A stretch of DNA of 32,005 bases from an uncultured Anaerolineae bacterium (GTDB taxonomy: Bacteria > Chloroflexota > Anaerolineae > JAYEMR01), in assembly GCA_964425465.1 (NCBI GenBank), contig CAYRNM010000004.1:1-32005 (forward strand), written 5' to 3'. The notes beneath the pieces are model-generated. The model was not told where the DNA came from and made no database searches. It saw only the letters and a list, made by a program, of their open reading frames with translations. Positions 1-7,421 of the stretch are shown here, in pieces (the stretch's first letter is position 1; each line of letters starts with the position of its first letter). The translations under genes and the position numbers were made by a program.

Positions 1-560
1 ATCTCCTCCCGTGGGGAGATGATCAGGAGAGTTGGGGGCTGGGTCAGCCGGAAAGCAACGGGGGGCCAGACGACAGGGCCCACAGTGAACCCCTCCTCGG
101 CTAACGCCTCTCCCACCTGATGCTCTAAGATGGCTTCCACCATCCCCTGCTCCCTGGCCTGCTGCCGGGTCAGAGCATCCAGCTCAGCCTGCAATGCTCG
201 ATCCTCTCCCGTCACTTGATGGCGGGGTGTGGTGCTGTAGAGGCGCTGCAGCTCCCCTTCCACATACCGGATGCGCTGTGTACGGGTGAAGAAAGCGCGA
301 ACCTGTGTCTCCTGCTCTGAGGAAGACAGAGAGGGCACTTGATAGGCCAGGATCTGCTCGCCCTTGTCCATCAGGGCCTGTAACTCCCAGGCAGCGAGGT
401 TGAACTGGTAGCCGGCGATGACGATTCCCAACCGGTAATCGAAATATCGGCTGGGAGGGATGGCATCGCTGCGGACGACTGTGAGGAGCAGGGTCAGCGC
501 CAGGGTCAGGCGGATCAGCCGGCCCAGGGCACTATGGATGATATGCCGAGCACGATTCAT
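1..560 (-). CDS. hypothetical N-terminally membrane-anchored protein (5' part; the ORF runs off the left edge)
   Basis: The minus-strand frame is open from ATG 560..558 to position 3 with no stop. It reads MNRARHIIHSALGRLIRLTLALTLLLTVV (hydrophobic helix), then a Q/E/R-rich stretch, ending ...WPPVAFRLTQPPTLLIISPREE. It is absent from the ORF track because no stop lies in the window. No family recognised. Confidence 0.5.
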   Translation of the reverse strand, partial: MNRARHIIHSALGRLIRLTLALTLLLTVVRSDAIPPSRYFDYRLGIVIAGYQFNLAAWELQALMDKGEQILAYQVPSLSSSEQETQVRAFFTRTQRIRYVEGELQRLYSTTPRHQVTGEDRALQAELDALTRQQAREQGMVEAILEHQVGEALAEEGFTVGPVVWPPVAFRLTQPPTLLIISPREE

Positions 561-607
561 GGGGGCGTCCATTCGAGCGCGGTTTCCGGTGATCGTTCCC
601 CCACCGG

Positions 608-637
608 GTAGGAGCGACCGCAGGGGTACGCCCCTAC
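608..637. repeat. degenerate copy of a GTAG-headed palindromic (REP-like) element
   Basis: Sequence GTAGGAGCGACCGCAGGGGTACGCCCCTAC. It shares the 11-mer TACGCCCCTAC exactly with 5729..5739, and ACGCCCCTAC with 1327..1336. It has an inner AGGGG/CCCCT stem with a UACG loop. The position is intergenic. A GGGGCGT half-site also lies at 562..568. Confidence 0.4.
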
Positions 638-731
638 AGTGAGGCCATAGGACAACTATTGGAGTGCGGACTTGCGTCCGCTCATGGGAGAAGGATTATA
701 GGTCGGGCTGTAGAATTGCGCAACGAGGATA

Positions 732-760
732 TTGACAACTGAGCCTACCGATGGTATATT
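732..760 (+). promoter_or_regulatory. sigma70-like promoter for the bactofilin gene
   Basis: TTGACA (732..737), a 17-nt spacer, then TGgTATATT (extended -10; hexamer 755..760). A GGGAGAGGA Shine-Dalgarno sequence lies just upstream of ATG 804. Confidence 0.45.
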
Positions 761-803
761 CTTCGTCCAGAAAGGGCTTTATCATTACGGAAGGGAGAGG
801 ATC

Positions 804-1223
804 ATGTTTGGTCGGAAACAAAAGGAAATGGTACCGGAGACCATTGAGACGCTCATCGGGCCAACGGCCAACTTCGTGGGCGACCTCAAGAGCGACGGCG
901 GGGTGCGCATCGAGGGGATGCTGGAAGGGTCGTTGGAGACAGCGGGCAATCTGGTGGTCGGAGAGAAGGCCCGGATTGTGGCCCACATCACCGCCCACAA
1001 CATCTCGGTCGCCGGTACTATCAAGGGCAACATCAGCGCCAATCGGGTGGAGGTGTTGAGCACCGGCAAGGTCTGGGGCGACATCTCCGTGAACTCTTTC
1101 CTGCTGGATGAGGGAGGATTCATCCAAGGGCAGATCAACATGCAGGGGGAGGGCCTAGAACCACCCCAATCCACACCTCAGGCTGTGAAGGCTGATTCCA
1201 GTGGAGAGGAGGAGGGTTCCTGA
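804..1223 (+). CDS. bactofilin (polymer-forming cytoskeletal protein, DUF583/CcmA family)
   Basis: MFGRKQKE..TLIGPTANFVGDLKSDGGVRIEGMLEGSLETAGNLVVGEKARIVAHITAHNISVAGTIKGNISANRVEVLSTGKVWGDISVNSFLLDEGGFIQGQINM. This shows the typical repetitive beta-helix pattern with a Pro/Glu-rich tail. The internal ATG at 804 is preferred over the TTG at 732, which is itself the -35 box. Confidence 0.85.
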   Translation: MFGRKQKEMVPETIETLIGPTANFVGDLKSDGGVRIEGMLEGSLETAGNLVVGEKARIVAHITAHNISVAGTIKGNISANRVEVLSTGKVWGDISVNSFLLDEGGFIQGQINMQGEGLEPPQSTPQAVKADSSGEEEGS

Positions 1224-1256
1224 TGGGCTGAGCTCAGGGTAGGATGAGGAATGACA

Positions 1257-1282
1257 CACGCCAGGCATATAGGCCTGGCGTG
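1257..1282 (+). terminator. hairpin downstream of the bactofilin gene
   Basis: CACGCCAGGC-atatag-GCCTGGCGTG forms a perfect 10-bp stem. It is followed by cgcTGTATTTCGGGTT and lies 34 nt after the stop at 1223. Confidence 0.4.
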
Positions 1283-1308
1283 CGCTGTATTTCGGGTTGG
1301 GGTCATCA

Positions 1309-1335
1309 TAGGGGCGTCATTCAATGACGCCCCTA
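1309..1335. repeat. REP-like palindrome, a possible bidirectional terminator between convergent genes
   Basis: TAGGGGCGTCATT-c-AATGACGCCCCTA has perfect 13-nt arms. It shares the core GGGGCGT...ACGCCCCTA(C) with 5712..5739 and lies 36 nt beyond the aspartase stop (1371). Confidence 0.5.
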
Positions 1336-1370
1336 CGGATGGTTCATTTATGTTGGCCCCTTCACGGCGA

Positions 1371-2780
1371 TCACTTTCCCCGCACCCCTGGCTCGGTCAT
1401 CGCTCGAGGCGAAAGGACCTTCTCCAGTTCCTCCTCGCCGAGCAACCCCCTCTCTTGCACGATCTGGCGGATACGCTTTCCCGTCGCCATCGCCTCCTGC
1501 ACCACTTTGGCCGCCGCTTCATAGCCAATGTAGGGATTGAGCGCCGTAGCAATCCCCATGCTGCCCTCCACCCAGGCCCGACATCGCTCCTCATCGGCCT
1601 CGATCCCCCTCACGCAGCGCTCGGTGAAGGCACGCACTCCATGGGTCAGGATGTGGATGGAGTGCAGCAGGTTGTGGCCAATGATGGGCATCATCACATT
1701 CAGCTCCAGTTGTCCCGCCTGGGCGGCGAGCATGATCGTCAGGTCATTGCCCATCACCTGAAAGCAGACCATGTTCAGCATCTCGGCCATCACCGGGTTG
1801 ACCTTGCCGGGCATGATGGAGGAACCAGGTTGCACCGCCGGCAGCCTGATCTCGGCCAGGCCGGTCTTGGGGCCAGAGCTCATCAGCCGCAGGTCGTTGG
1901 CGACGCGGTCCAGCGTCACCGCCAGGGTGCGCAATGCCGCCGAGAGGTGCACAGGATCGGCCATGTTCTGCATGGACTCGAACAGATTTCCCGAGGAGTG
2001 CAGGTCCAATCCTGTCAGCTCCGAGAGCCGCTTCACCATCTCCGGATGGTAGCGAGGATCGGAATTGAGGCCTGTACCCGTGGCCGTACCACCAATGCCG
2101 ATGCGTTTCATGTCCTCCGCCGCCCGCTCGATGCGGGCCATGTCATGGGCCACGGCCTGAGCATAGGCCCCGAACTCCTGTCCCAGCCGTACCGGGACGG
2201 CATCCTGAAGGTGAGTGCGGCCAGCCTTGATGATGGGATCGAACTCCTGGGCCTTGTTCCGCAGCGCCGCCTCCAGACCTTGCAGGGTGGGCAACAACTC
2301 TCGCAGGGCCATCAGTGCTGAGATACGGATCACGGTGGGGATCACATCATTAGTGGACTGGGCCATATTCACGTGGTCATTGGGGTGTACCCGGCGGTAG
2401 GTGCCTCGTGGCTCGCCCAGCAGTTCCCCGGCGCGGTTGGCGATCACCTCATTAGCATTCATATTGTGGGAGGTCCCGGCTCCGGCCTGGAAGGGATCCA
2501 CCACGAACTGGTCGTGCCACTGGCCGGCGATGATTTCCTGCGCCGCTTGGACGATAGCCCAGCCGATCTGGGGGTCGAGTTGTCCCAGGGCCATGTTCAC
2601 CTCGGCGGCGGCCTGCTTGACCGCCGCCGTGGCCACGATGCAGGCCGGGTAGGGGCGCAGCCCGCTGACGGGAAAGTTTTCCACCGCTCGCTGGGCCTGG
2701 GCGCCATAAAGCGCCTCTGCTGGGACACGGACTTCGCCCAGAGAATCGTGTTCAATTCGCCATGTCTGTCCTTCGTTCAT
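1371..2780 (-). CDS. aspA: aspartate ammonia-lyase (class II fumarase/aspartase superfamily)
   Basis: It has the SS-loop signature GSSIMPGKVNPVMAEM, plus GAGTSHNMNANEVIANRA, QSTNDVIPT and the C-terminus ...LSPRAMTEPGVRGK. These resemble Bacillus AspB-type aspartases (GSSIMPGKVNPVMPEV ... THPGIAGRK, from memory) more than FumC (WQTGSGTQ, KVNPTQCEA). Assignment as a fumarase cannot be fully excluded. Confidence 0.8.
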   Translation of the reverse strand: MNEGQTWRIEHDSLGEVRVPAEALYGAQAQRAVENFPVSGLRPYPACIVATAAVKQAAAEVNMALGQLDPQIGWAIVQAAQEIIAGQWHDQFVVDPFQAGAGTSHNMNANEVIANRAGELLGEPRGTYRRVHPNDHVNMAQSTNDVIPTVIRISALMALRELLPTLQGLEAALRNKAQEFDPIIKAGRTHLQDAVPVRLGQEFGAYAQAVAHDMARIERAAEDMKRIGIGGTATGTGLNSDPRYHPEMVKRLSELTGLDLHSSGNLFESMQNMADPVHLSAALRTLAVTLDRVANDLRLMSSGPKTGLAEIRLPAVQPGSSIMPGKVNPVMAEMLNMVCFQVMGNDLTIMLAAQAGQLELNVMMPIIGHNLLHSIHILTHGVRAFTERCVRGIEADEERCRAWVEGSMGIATALNPYIGYEAAAKVVQEAMATGKRIRQIVQERGLLGEEELEKVLSPRAMTEPGVRGK

Positions 2781-3715
2781 AAAGTCCTCTCAGATGTCAA
2801 CACGCAGCACTCGGTCCCACGCTCGATGGTCAGCCCTAACTCCTGGGCCAGCGCCACCGCTTCGCGGGCCGGGCTGACGATGCAGTTGAGGCCAACACGC
2901 ACGGCCAGAGGGTCAAGTGCCTTTCGATAGGGGCCGCGAGGACGCATACAGCCCAGGTAAAGGGGGGTCTGGGGAAAGCGGAGTCGGGCCTCGATCAAAA
3001 GATGGACCACCTCAGCCACGGCGGGCGGTTGATGGTCAGCGTAACGAGTGCCCGGAGTGGGAATGAACACCAGAAAGACCAATGCCTTGCAGCCCAGTTC
3101 GGCCAGGATGCCAAGAGCTTTTCGCTCATGGCCCAGCTCGCCGCCTCTCAGGCCGATGGTGAGGTGGGGAATTACAGGCACCTGCTGCCGCAGGAGCTGG
3201 TAGGTAGCCACATAGTCGGCCACACTGCGCTCCAGGCCGTACACCTCACGGACAGTCTCGTCATCGCCCACAAAATCAAAGGAGATGACATCCACGTAGG
3301 GTCGGATTGCCTCCAGCTCACCCTGGCCGATGAGCCCCACGTGCCAATTGAGTCTACGGCCAGGGCGAAGCCCATCCAGCAGCCGGAGGTGTTGTTCCCC
3401 GACCAGCACCCGGCCCTGTGGGTCGCAGCCGCCGGAGATGAGCAGGCTCGGCGCAGGGCCGATCCGCTCCGCTGCCTGCTCAATGGGGATCATGTGGGCT
3501 AGATAACGCCGGCCGCAGTGGGCACAGTCCAGTGCACAGGCTGTGCCGGTGAGGCTGATCACGGCTGTGTCCACCGGGTAGTCGAAGCCTATCAGGGGTG
3601 GAAAATGGGCCTGGCGTGTCCGCCAGGCTGCATCCAGACTATCCTCGTACCTCATGCCTTGCAGCATAGCAAACTCGATTTGCCCCTGGCGACCAAGCGT
3701 GGTATAATCTTTCAC
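2777..3715 (-). CDS. radical SAM protein of unknown specificity
   Basis: It has the CX3CX2C motif in ISLTGTACALDCAHCGRRY, followed by LLISGGCDPQGRV, VISFDFVGDDETV, TIGLRGGE and a C-terminal ...TECCVL. GTG start at 3715; ATG at 3667 is an alternative. Its stop overlaps the aspA start (ATGA at 2777..2780). Confidence 0.75.
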   Translation of the reverse strand: MKDYTTLGRQGQIEFAMLQGMRYEDSLDAAWRTRQAHFPPLIGFDYPVDTAVISLTGTACALDCAHCGRRYLAHMIPIEQAAERIGPAPSLLISGGCDPQGRVLVGEQHLRLLDGLRPGRRLNWHVGLIGQGELEAIRPYVDVISFDFVGDDETVREVYGLERSVADYVATYQLLRQQVPVIPHLTIGLRGGELGHERKALGILAELGCKALVFLVFIPTPGTRYADHQPPAVAEVVHLLIEARLRFPQTPLYLGCMRPRGPYRKALDPLAVRVGLNCIVSPAREAVALAQELGLTIERGTECCVLTSERTL

Positions 3716-3799
3716 TCGCGTGATAGATCACTTACCCGGCGCGGTGTGGTCCTCAGCCCCCGCGCCGAGCTGTGCTAGGTGTTTCCAGGATGGTGTCTT

Positions 3800-4150
3800 A
3801 TGGTGGACCTCGTTCGCTCGCTGGAACAGCGCCAGCTCAAAGCAGAAATGCCTGACATCCGACCTGGAGACACAGTGCGGGTTCACCACCGCATTGTGGA
3901 AGGGGATCAGGAGCGGGTTCAGGTGTTTCAGGGCACGGCGATTCGCGTGCGCAAGGGTGGGGTGAATGCCAATTTCACTGTGCGTCGCATTGCCAGCCAC
4001 GGCATCGGTGTGGAACGGACCTTCCTATTCCACTCCCCACGTGTGGAGCAGGTCGAGGTGCTCCGCCGCGCCCATGTGCGGCGGGCCAGGCTCTATTTCC
4101 TGCGCGGACGGCGGGGCAAGAAAGCCCGGCTGCGCCAAGAGCGTTTCTGA
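3800..4150 (+). CDS. rplS: 50S ribosomal protein L19
   Basis: MVDLVRSLEQRQLKAEMPDIRPGDTVRVHHRIVEGDQERVQVFQGTAIRVRKGGVNANFTVRRIASHGIGVERTFLFHSPRVEQVEVLRRAHVRRARLYFLRGRRGKKARL matches the canonical L19 pattern. ATG 3800 is preferred over ATG 3779. Confidence 0.95.
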   Translation: MVDLVRSLEQRQLKAEMPDIRPGDTVRVHHRIVEGDQERVQVFQGTAIRVRKGGVNANFTVRRIASHGIGVERTFLFHSPRVEQVEVLRRAHVRRARLYFLRGRRGKKARLRQERF

Positions 4151-4164
4151 AGCGCCCAGCCGCC

Positions 4165-4821
4165 ATGACACAGTGGCCTACCCTGACTCTGGAACGTCGC
4201 CTTTTGGCCCAAGGATTCCTGCATATCGCTGGCCTGGACGAGGCGGGCCGGGGGGCGTGGGCTGGCCCGGTGGTCGCCGCAGCGGTCATTCTGTCCCTTC
4301 GGAGGCAGGCAGTTGAGGCAACGCTCCCCCAGGAACTGAAGGGCATCCGGGATTCCAAGCTCCTCTCCCCCCACCGGCGAGAGGAGCTTTTCCACGTTAT
4401 CCAGGAGAAGGCCCGGGCGGTGGGCGTAGGGGTAGTGGGGCCGGAGGAGATTGATGCTCAGGGGATCGTCCCGGCCACCCGACAGGCAATGCGGTTGGCG
4501 CTCGCCAAGTTGGAGGTTGTTCCTCACTATCTCCTCATTGATTATCTCCCCCTGCCGGAGGTGAAGGTGCCCCAACAGGCGATGGCGCACGGTGACAGGC
4601 TGTGTCTCTCCATCGCTGCGGCGTCCATCATCGCTAAGGTGCATCGGGACCGGCTGATGGTGGAGTTGGACGCGCAGTTCTCAGGGTATGGCTTCGCCCA
4701 GCACAAAGGCTATGGCACTCCCGCTCACCGAAGGGCATTGGACCTGCTGGGGCCCTCGCCCGTCCATCGTCTCTCCTGGGCCCCCTGTCGGTGGCTGAGG
4801 CATGGTCCCTCATCAAGGTGA
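4165..4821 (+). CDS. rnhB: ribonuclease HII
   Basis: IAGLDEAGRGAWAGPVVAAAVIL contains the DEAGRG catalytic motif. Also present are SIAAASIIAKVHRD and GYGFAQHKGYGTPAHRRAL..GPSPVHR. The 3' end overlaps the convergent thioredoxin-like gene by 9 nt. Confidence 0.9.
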   Translation: MTQWPTLTLERRLLAQGFLHIAGLDEAGRGAWAGPVVAAAVILSLRRQAVEATLPQELKGIRDSKLLSPHRREELFHVIQEKARAVGVGVVGPEEIDAQGIVPATRQAMRLALAKLEVVPHYLLIDYLPLPEVKVPQQAMAHGDRLCLSIAAASIIAKVHRDRLMVELDAQFSGYGFAQHKGYGTPAHRRALDLLGPSPVHRLSWAPCRWLRHGPSSR

Positions 4822-5339
4822 GGCCTTCAGCGCCTCCTCGATCATGGAAGCCAGCACCTCGGCTTCGATGATAGCCCCCACACGATGGGCCTGTACCACT
4901 CCCTCTCGGTCAATGATGAAGGTCTCCGGGACACCCGTCAAGCCATAAGCACGGGCGATCTCCCCTCGTGCGTCAAGCCCGTTGGGATAGGTTAGCCCAT
5001 AGCGCTGCACAAAGGCTCGTGCCCGCTGCGGGACCTCATGGTGGGCGATCCCCACGAGGGCCATCTCACCCCTATAGTCCTTCCACACCTGCTCCAGCGC
5101 CGGCGCTTCCAAGCGGCAGGGGCCACACCAACTGGCCCAGAGTTGAGCACCACGACCTGGCCGCGCAGTTCCTTCAGACGGAGCTCGCCCCCATCCAGCA
5201 GAGAGAGGGTGAAATTGGGGGCCCGTCCTCCGACCTGCACGGAGGAGGGGCCGGACCTGAGGAACCCCCATACCAGGACGATCAGGACCAAGGCCCCGGC
5301 CAGGAAGGGTACAAGCCAGGGAGCTTTGTTCTTACTCAT
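4813..5339 (-). pseudogene. TlpA/ResA-family membrane-anchored thiol:disulfide oxidoreductase, interrupted by a 1-nt frameshift
   Basis: The N-terminal part is in the frame starting at 5339: MSKNKAPWLVPFLAGALVLIVLVWGF (TM helix) ...GRAPNFTLSLLDGGELRLKELRGQVVVLN. The rest is in the frame of ORF 4813..5271: (L)WASWCGPCRLEAPALEQVWKDYRGEMALVGI...GVPETFIIDREGVV. The frames meet at about 5140..5144, where GTGCTCAACTCTGGGCC would read VLNFWA if one T were restored (AACTTCTGG). Confidence 0.7.
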
Positions 5340-5488
5340 CTCGCGGACCGGGCCCGCAGCGAATCGGGCGTAATCTGCATGAGCTCAATGACAGAGGTGC
5401 ATATGCCCCACCCCTTCCCCGGGCTCCTGTCGCAGGCTCCCCGCCGGGGAAGAGCTCCACAGGCTGTCTTGGCGCTGCCCGCAGGTAG

Positions 5489-5711
5489 ACAAGCCACACC
5501 TCGCCGTCGTGGTCCAGGCGAAAGGCCTCTTCGAACCCCAATCACTGGCGGGGTATTCTCCAAGCTCTTAAGGACGTGGGGTACGACAATGTGGTCTCCA
5601 TCGAGCTGGAGGATGTGCCTGGCGTATCTCGTCCCGGCCAGCCCTCGACCAAGGCTCTGGATCGGGAATTCCTTCTCGCCAAAGAGTATCTGCGGAAGAA
5701 GAAGGAGGAGA
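5489..5711 (+). pseudogene. 3'-terminal fragment of a xylose-isomerase-like TIM-barrel (sugar phosphate isomerase/epimerase) gene
   Basis: The frame opens after TAG 5486..5488 and reads ...NHWRGILQALKDVGYDNVVSIELEDVPGVSRPG...LDREFLLAKEYLRKKKEES. This is the typical C-terminal W..il.aL...GYdG.vsiE.ED segment of that family. The roughly 200 upstream codons expected are absent. The rest of track ORF 5576..6091 is antisense to the next gene. Confidence 0.4.
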
Positions 5712-5739
5712 GTAGGGGCGTAGCGCGCTACGCCCCTAC
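5712..5739. repeat. perfect 28-nt GTAG-headed palindrome (REP-like), probable terminator of the long minus-strand operon
   Basis: GTAGGGGCGTAGCG|CGCTACGCCCCTAC has 14+14 perfect arms. The TAG stop of the 561-aa gene (5736..5738) lies inside one arm. On the minus strand it is followed by UCUCCUCCUUCUUCUUCC. Confidence 0.6.
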
Positions 5740-7421
5740 CGCTTATCCCGCCCTAGACCCTCCACCTTGGGCAGGTATCCTAGCTCCTTCAGCGCCTGCA
5801 CCAGCCGTGGCCAGTCATCCTCGGCCACCAGTGCCGCCTGGGGGCCGAGCACCTCCTGCAAATAATCGCGGATCTGGGGCAAATGCTGGAGCTCTTGCAA
5901 CGTCAGCTCATCGGCCGTCTGCAGGAGCACCGCCTGACGCAGTGCGATTTTGCCCGCTTTCCGCTCCCAGTCGGCCAAAAGGATCGGCCCATTGTGGGGC
6001 AACTTCCTCCCCGCCGCCTGCTCCAGAAAGGCCACAATCTGAGAGAGGGCGATTCCCTGCTCTCGGCTGCGGGCCAAAGACTCCGGCGTAATGCGGTAGC
6101 CAAAGGGCACAACGCCTTCCACCCGCTCGGCGAAGCGGGCCAACTGGAAGCGATCGTAGAGGCTGCCCTCCACCGGGGCTCGAATGGTGAGGTCTGGAGC
6201 TACGGCCAGGGGAAGTGGGGGTTCAGGCGCCAATAGCTCCTCACCGGCCAGAAAGGCCGCTCCCTGGTGGGTGATCTGAAAGGCCGCAGGCCTCCCTTCA
6301 TCCATCCCCAGAATCACGATGCCCAGCCAGAAGAGGGTTCTGGTCAGGAGGTCGCGGATGAGCGCCCCTTCCACCTTATCCCAGGATTCAAAGCCGGTGA
6401 GGTATTCCCTGCTAGCCGCATCGCGGATGTACCAGCCGTCGTAGTCCCCGTCGGGGCGCTGGAAATCGGGATCAGCGAACTTGAGGGCCTGGACGAAGGA
6501 TTCGATGCTTCGCCACTCCTCGGCTGGGCAGCGGGCCAGCCAGCTCAGGAGCCGATGACGGGTGGCCAGGGGATCATTTTTCCAACCGGTGGGTTGGCAC
6601 TGCAAGCCTGGCACCCGCCACAGCTCATTCCAGTCTGGGCTGTCATGCCAGCCCTGCTGTAGGCTCTGCAGTTGCTGCGCGGGCGATGCTCGCAGCCAGG
6701 CTCTGGCCCGCGAAGGGTCCAGTCGCAGCCGGCGATCGCGCTCCCTAATCAAGCCCAGTCGCCAGGACAGGTGCTCGATGAGCGCCAGCCGGTCTGGGTC
6801 CTCCTCCAGTAGGGCTCCCAGCAATCGTCCGTGATGTTGTTGCGGAAGTGTGCCCTTCGGCCCGGGCCGCACCGCCACACGGTACAGGTAGATGAGAAAG
6901 GTGCACATATCCTGTCGGAAGGCCTGCCCGCCCTCCTTCTGCTGCTCTGGCAGCGGGGCAGGGGCCACAACGAACGGCGGTTCCCCCTCCTGAGGCTTGG
7001 GCAGCAGGGGAAGGAGATCGGAAGGGATGTAAACCACCTCTGCGTCGGGGGCTTCCAGATTGAAACCCAGAGCGATGAGCCCCCGGTACCAGAGGCCTTC
7101 CGCGCCACTTACGGGCTCGCGCCAGGGCTCCTCCCGCCGCAGGCGGCCAGGGCCTATGCGCCGGATGGGGCCGTGATGGCGGGTAAAACGCCCCGCTGGC
7201 ATTCGGCCTCCGGCGGCCAGGAGCGCATCCAAAGCGGCTTGCTCCTGGAGAGAGAGGTCAGCTAGCGTTGCCGCCACTGCCTCAGGCCGCGGCAGCGCCG
7301 ACTCCAGATGATCGAGCACCTCTCCCTTTTGATGGCTCTCCAGGACCAACCCCCAGCGCTGGGCGATCACCTCCAGAAAAGTCAGGTCTCGGTCCAGAAG
7401 GCTTTGGCGTAGGGTGTTCAT
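5736..7421 (-). CDS. 561-aa hypothetical protein with a C-terminal XPB/Ssl2 N-terminal-domain-like (Helicase_C_3-like) region
   Basis: The start MNTLRQSLLDRDLTFLEVIAQRWG at ATG 7421 overlaps the aminotransferase stop (ATGA 7418..7421). The 84-nt extension in the track ORF is Arg/Gly-rich and overlaps the upstream gene. The C-terminus reads ...LTIRAPVEGSLYDRFQLARFAERVEGVVPFGYRITPESLARSREQGIALSQIVAFLEQAAGRKLPHNGPILLADWERKAGKIAL.... This follows the pattern of the XPB damage-recognition domain (Y-R-I-T..SL..A...G.s...I..FL......P.N), recalled from memory. Confidence 0.6.
   Translation of the reverse strand: MNTLRQSLLDRDLTFLEVIAQRWGLVLESHQKGEVLDHLESALPRPEAVAATLADLSLQEQAALDALLAAGGRMPAGRFTRHHGPIRRIGPGRLRREEPWREPVSGAEGLWYRGLIALGFNLEAPDAEVVYIPSDLLPLLPKPQEGEPPFVVAPAPLPEQQKEGGQAFRQDMCTFLIYLYRVAVRPGPKGTLPQQHHGRLLGALLEEDPDRLALIEHLSWRLGLIRERDRRLRLDPSRARAWLRASPAQQLQSLQQGWHDSPDWNELWRVPGLQCQPTGWKNDPLATRHRLLSWLARCPAEEWRSIESFVQALKFADPDFQRPDGDYDGWYIRDAASREYLTGFESWDKVEGALIRDLLTRTLFWLGIVILGMDEGRPAAFQITHQGAAFLAGEELLAPEPPLPLAVAPDLTIRAPVEGSLYDRFQLARFAERVEGVVPFGYRITPESLARSREQGIALSQIVAFLEQAAGRKLPHNGPILLADWERKAGKIALRQAVLLQTADELTLQELQHLPQIRDYLQEVLGPQAALVAEDDWPRLVQALKELGYLPKVEGLGRDKR

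Noticed and set aside
5576-6091. A 171-aa plus-strand ORF beginning MGYDNVVSIELED.
   Set aside because: Only the first ~45 codons look protein-like, and these are the TIM-barrel gene fragment. Beyond the palindrome at 5712 the frame stays open only because it is antisense to the 561-aa gene (Pro/Ala/Gly-rich translation).
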